Assembly: GCA_963713615.1 (NCBI GenBank)
Contig: CAVQMM010000001.1
Span: 864,001-928,000 of the forward strand
Direction of reading: 5' to 3'
DNA from: an uncultured Chlamydiae bacterium
GTDB taxonomy: Bacteria > Chlamydiota > Chlamydiia > Chlamydiales > JAJFMA01
DNA length: 64,000 nt
A program made the translations under genes and the position numbers. The notes under the pieces were generated by a model that was not told where the DNA came from, did not search any database, and saw only the letters and a program-made list of their open reading frames with translations. Below are positions 60,917 to 64,000 of the stretch, piece by piece (positions within the stretch are counted from its first letter, which is position 1; every line of letters begins with the position of its first letter).

Positions 60917-61534
60917 ATGGAAATTACAGACTATAATGATCAAACCTCCGCTACTTATTACAATGATGAATCGGACATCAAGGCACATGGCTATGCATCT
61001 GATGCGATCATGTCCCAGCTCGATGCCATGAACCTCGAAAACATGGATCCCCTGTCATTGGTTTCTTGGCTGGGCAAGCTGTGCCTAACGACAAACCATG
61101 ATTCCAACAAGATCGCCACTCGTGAAGCGGAGTTCAAAAAGAAGACGGCCATCCAATTGCGCTTTAGCATTAAGGAATGTGCCAATACTGTCGGTTGGTT
61201 GTTTTGCTCAGCTGTTAGCGTAGCCGTTAATGCTGGAGGCCTTGTTTGGTTCGGTACTACTGTGATGAAAGATGGTAGCGCTGCTGCTGGTCAGTCCGCC
61301 ATTACAGCGACGCAGCAAATGTCCACCATGTTGCAGCCTGGAACAGCTTATTGCCAACAGCGTGATGAAGCTGCTAAGACATCCATGTCGTCAGATCAAC
61401 AAGTGGTTAATAGCGACCGCGACAACCAAAAGCAAAATCTGAGTGCTCGCGAGCAAACGATGGAGACAATGAAGGGCCAATTGCAGCAACTTCTCGATAA
61501 AGCGGCTCAAGTCATTAACGCCATCTGGGGTTAA
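60917..61534 (+). CDS. CopD/YopD-like minor translocator
   Basis: Single hydrophobic segment, C-terminal amphipathic helix ending QLLDKAAQVINAIWG; follows the CopB-like gene. Confidence 0.55.
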   Translation: MEITDYNDQTSATYYNDESDIKAHGYASDAIMSQLDAMNLENMDPLSLVSWLGKLCLTTNHDSNKIATREAEFKKKTAIQLRFSIKECANTVGWLFCSAVSVAVNAGGLVWFGTTVMKDGSAAAGQSAITATQQMSTMLQPGTAYCQQRDEAAKTSMSSDQQVVNSDRDNQKQNLSAREQTMETMKGQLQQLLDKAAQVINAIWG

Positions 61535-61541
61535 TTAGAAA

Positions 61542-61675
61542 GCAGTCATGGAAATCATTCCATGACTGCAAAAACAATTGAAACAGATTCCATTTGCATC
61601 ACATCGGACGTTGTTTTGCACGTCTCCACAATTGCAACGGGTCCGCAGTCATGGAATGACTGCGCCACATAGGAA
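61542..61675. repeat. REP doublet family C
   Basis: Matches 8481-8626; between convergent genes. Confidence 0.85.
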
Positions 61676-61696
61676 GCCAAAAAGCACAGATCTCAC

Positions 61697-62602
61697 TTAT
61701 TGAACCTCAACCGCTTTCGCTATGCGTTTCTTTCGGTCTTCCACACGCCACTCTACGGTTCCTACGCTCCAATAGTGAGTGGATAGTTCATGTGCCGTCG
61801 TCTTCAATTCCTTTGCAGCGCGCTCCATGATCCCTGGAATGGTCTCAGCTCTTGCCATGAATTCGCATAGGCGTCTAATGCCATCATCTGGTGAGTATTG
61901 GTTTTTCCATTGAAAGTCCACGAGGCTGACTCCTTGGCCATCGCTACGCAATAGAGTATTGGTAAACCCAATATCCCAGTAACCCGTCTTCAGAATAAAT
62001 ACTTCTAGTTCACCCACGATAGCATCTATTTTGGTGCGCAGTTCTAGGTTCCCATTATCTGCCTGATAGACCAATTTATTCCAAATATCATCAGGAGCAC
62101 CATAACCATGTGCGACAGCTTCCACCTTCTCCTCGATAAGTAGGTACATCTGGCCCTGGTATTTATCAATGATGCCCTCTAGCAGGATCTTCGCCGAACG
62201 TGGAATGTGAATGTACTGCAGATGATTGTCCACCACTGCCCGTCTCGCTAATTCAGCCGTTGAAATGCGCTCGTTTGCTTGGCCTTCATCCACTATTTTT
62301 AAAATCAAGTTTGGGTAGTCCGCATGCACAAAGGCCGCAGTGTATTTCCCCTTATATAATGCGGAAATATTTGGTCCTGGATTCTCTCTGTCAAAATGTG
62401 AGTAGTCTTTCTTTACCGTATCATAGATAGCCGCTAAGCCAGCCTTTGAAAACCATAGATCTAAAGACTTGGATGACGAACGAACCACATCGCCACAGTA
62501 GTCATCGCTGCAATACACTGTCTCAAAAATGGTTTGGAAGTCTGGGGTAGACGCAGTCGCTTCGAACGGGCTAAAGAATAGGGTTAATAACAAAAGAAAC
62601 AT
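61697..62602 (-). CDS. Exported hypothetical protein, possible kinase-like fold
   Basis: Signal peptide; LILKI, LIEEKV, WDIGFTN and VSLVDF in kinase-subdomain order. Confidence 0.55.
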   Translation of the reverse strand: MFLLLLTLFFSPFEATASTPDFQTIFETVYCSDDYCGDVVRSSSKSLDLWFSKAGLAAIYDTVKKDYSHFDRENPGPNISALYKGKYTAAFVHADYPNLILKIVDEGQANERISTAELARRAVVDNHLQYIHIPRSAKILLEGIIDKYQGQMYLLIEEKVEAVAHGYGAPDDIWNKLVYQADNGNLELRTKIDAIVGELEVFILKTGYWDIGFTNTLLRSDGQGVSLVDFQWKNQYSPDDGIRRLCEFMARAETIPGIMERAAKELKTTAHELSTHYWSVGTVEWRVEDRKKRIAKAVEVQ

Positions 62603-62695
62603 TTTTATTACTCCTTAAGCATATATGTTACTTACGAATCACGAATTTTATCATGTTTAATTATTTTTTTCAAGTTTATTTTATATTGTGCATGT

Positions 62696-63457
62696 GACGT
62701 AATTGCAGAAGTCCGATTTCCCGAAGTCAATTTCCTGAAAATCGTATGCTGATGAAAAGAGAGCCATTCCCTTTCCAGGCCCGAAGGGTCGATATTGCAA
62801 CAGGCCAGGGCATCGCCCCATAGGCCTCAACCTAACAGGTCTTTTGAGCTTATATCTCAATGACTTAGGACTTCACAATCGTATCTCGGCGCGCAGCGCT
62901 TTGGAGTGCGGTCGCTTGCGACCGCTTTTCGTTCCTTGGGACGGCAATGCTAAACGGCATTGTATGGATTCGTCGAAGGCTGCATGTACTAACTATTTTA
63001 CCCTTAGGGAATTATAGTAATGCCGTTGCACACGACCGTCGCAAGGAACCCAAAGCGGTCGCAAGCGACCGCACTCCAAAGCGCTGCGCGCCGAGATACG
63101 ATTGTTAGGCTTAGGTTGAGGCCTATGGGGCATCGCCCTGGTATATTCCAGGAAGGGATTTCGCAGTCTGAAAGACTGCCATAAAGCGCTTGCATAAATA
63201 GCGTGTGAATACAGACGTCTTGTGGCAGTCTTTCAGACTGCGAAATCCCCCTTGGCATATACCAGGGCATCGCCGGGCGATGCCCCGGCCTGTTGCAATA
63301 TCGACCCTTCGGGCCTAGAAAGGGATAAAAGCCTGTCTCTCCAGACTAGATAGTGCCATGCCATTTGAGCTCTCCAGAATCGCCTTCTCGCATAAAAAGG
63401 TAACCTTTTTTTCTGAGAATCGATTCTCAAGGGCTCAAATAATTTTGCAATTACCTC
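62696..63457. mobile_element. Family B composite element (inverted relative to 3073-6127)
   Basis: gacgtaattgcagaagt ... ttttgcaattacctc ends; both terminal segments match the 3073-6127 copy. Confidence 0.85.
62819..63127. mobile_element. Intact 309-bp IS231-like mini-element carrying a family A REP doublet
   Basis: 17-bp perfect TIRs; 11-bp TSD GGGCATCGCCC at 62808-62818 and 63128-63138. Confidence 0.9.
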
Positions 63458-63633
63458 TCATGGACGGTATGGACGAATCCAAAACACCCTCTATTGCAAC
63501 AATTTAACCTGACCTTTATTTAGCCTTTAAAGTTAATACTTAAAATTAAAGTTGATTAAAAAGAATTATCTTTGGTAAAATATATATCAAGTGATACAAT
63601 TAACATTGTTAAACTAATAAAGGTCTTAAAGCT

Positions 63634-64000
63634 ATGGCAGAGCCACAATATAAAGATACAATAGCTGATATAGCCGGTAATCCGGAACTTTATCGTGCTA
63701 CAGATTTCAGAAAGCTGTCATTGGAACAAGTCATTCGTCTCATGCAGTTGCATTACATGAAGACGGCCGAAGGCAAGATGAAGGATCTGGCACAAACGCT
63801 TAAAAAAGGGCACAGAGACGTACAAGAACTCCATAAACTCCAAGCCCTCATCAATGCATTGACTAATCAAGTAGAAGGCGAGACGCGTGGCACACTAGAC
63901 CTTACCCACACAAGCCTGAATGACAAGACCCATAAATATTTCGACCTAATACGTAAGATCAGGAGTGGGATCAAGACGACGGCTAGCGATAAAGATGGCA
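63634..64000 (+). CDS. Paralog of 58597-59433, runs off the window end
   Basis: Not in the ORF track. My translation: MAEPQYKDTIADIAGNPELYRATDFRKLSLEQVIRLMQLHYMKTAEGKMKDLAQTLKKGHRDVQELHKL. Confidence 0.85.
   Translation, partial: MAEPQYKDTIADIAGNPELYRATDFRKLSLEQVIRLMQLHYMKTAEGKMKDLAQTLKKGHRDVQELHKLQALINALTNQVEGETRGTLDLTHTSLNDKTHKYFDLIRKIRSGIKTTASDKDG

Noticed and set aside
3414..63106. CRISPR array formed by the GGAGTGCGGTCGC repeats
   Set aside because: The copies are dispersed inverted doublets with conserved interiors, not direct repeats with unique spacers, and there are no cas genes.
1..64000. RAYT/REP-associated tyrosine transposase for the REP families
   Set aside because: No HUH Y1 ORF was found in the window; any mobiliser must be encoded elsewhere or lost.

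Overview
The window looks like chromosome from an environmental Chlamydiota genome. The clues are ruvB next to a SpoIID-like gene and glgX, pfp next to an alpha/beta hydrolase, and CopB/CopD-like translocator genes; this taxonomy is inference. Housekeeping and metabolic genes include tal/fsa, pfp, an ABC-F ATPase, a cyclophilin, ribD, rlmI, a scattered hutH/U/I/G set, ada, glgX, queA, ruvB, an NSS transporter and an RND efflux trio. Three paralogous proteins of about 1200-1300 aa have no recognisable domain. A putative T3SS translocon cassette starts with a Bsp22/EspA-like gene, and a second copy of that gene begins at the window end. The intergenic DNA is dense with several palindromic REP/REPIN and MITE families that nest inside each other and act as targets for other elements. 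An IS66 with fused TnpA-TnpB sits in a REP hairpin. A 309-bp IS231-like mini-element carrying a REP doublet appears to have inserted twice into a second REP family. A group II intron splits a REP exactly; its EBS1-like loop is complementary to the REP and its domain V has an extra hairpin. That intron's RT gene is itself interrupted by a 1.66-kb tRNA-Tyr-type integrative element carrying a HicAB-like pair, inserted at a site that mimics the tRNA anticodon arm. All calls come from reading the sequence by eye; no searches were run.
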